Origin: Promethearchaeota archaeon
Lineage (GTDB): Archaea > Asgardarchaeota > Lokiarchaeia > Sigyniarchaeales > SOKP01
Direction: 5' to 3'
DNA length: 38,330 nt
Assembly (NCBI GenBank): GCA_048940645.1
Contig: JBHLOI010000035.1
Coordinates: 1 to 38,330 of the forward strand
Below the pieces are notes generated by a model. That model searched no databases, had not been told where the DNA came from, and worked only from the letters and a program-made list of their open reading frames with translations. Below, piece by piece: positions 38,136-38,330 of the stretch. Within the stretch, counting starts at the first letter, position 1. The number at the start of each line of letters is the position of its first letter. The translations under genes were made by a program, and so were the position numbers.

Positions 38136-38330
38136 TTAGAGAAATTTTATTGCTTCCTTTACTGATTTTTCGAAAAGTATGCAAATCATATCTGCATCTT
38201 CATCATTAATAATGAGGGGTGGCTTAATTTTTAAAGTGTTTTGAATGTAATAGCCTGCCGTAGACATGATCTGCATTTGTTCACCAAAAAAGATTCCATT
38301 TTTCCATCCAGTATGGATCAGTTTGTTCAA
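38136..38330 (-). CDS. C-terminus of a class III PLP aminotransferase (truncated by window edge)
   Basis: NTLKIKPPLIINDED...ICILFE matches the class III C-terminal hRhxPPLxh motif. Confidence 0.7.
   Translation of the reverse strand: MNKLIHTGWKNGIFFGEQMQIMSTAGYYIQNTLKIKPPLIINDEDADMICILFEKSVKEAIKFL

Noticed and set aside
1-38330. CRISPR array, IS elements, rRNA
   Set aside because: No regularly spaced repeats, transposase ORFs or long GC-rich structured regions were seen.

Overview
AT-rich (roughly 30% GC by eye), gene-dense chromosomal segment, most consistent with an Asgard archaeon of the Lokiarchaeia/Promethearchaeota type. This is an inference from an intron-containing archaeal tRNA, TATA-like promoters, archaeal Hsp20, AOR, an FrhB domain, TPR/wHTH pairs and a longin/uDENN-like protein. 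Contents in order: the end of a 2-oxoacid:ferredoxin oxidoreductase operon coupled to an unusual FrhB-PyrK/NfnA fusion flavoprotein; QueG-like and DUF3795 Fe-S/Zn proteins; three tandem EamA transporters plus a two-subunit Fe-S L-serine dehydratase; an ABC ATPase with a permease fused to a CPBP (Rce1/Abi) intramembrane protease; hydrolases; an orphan LsrF-like enzyme, a B12 radical SAM enzyme and a Zn-dehydrogenase; several regulators; a PhnN-like kinase; a tRNA-His(GUG) with two non-canonical introns that the ORF track does not show; a marker-9 domain protein; a DHH phosphoesterase; Hsp20; an AAA+ ATPase with a probable ATT start; a longin-like protein; a transglutaminase-like protein; and an aminotransferase-III/Fe-ADH/AOR block. 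No transposase, integrase, rRNA or CRISPR array was seen. All family calls come from motif recognition, not database searches.
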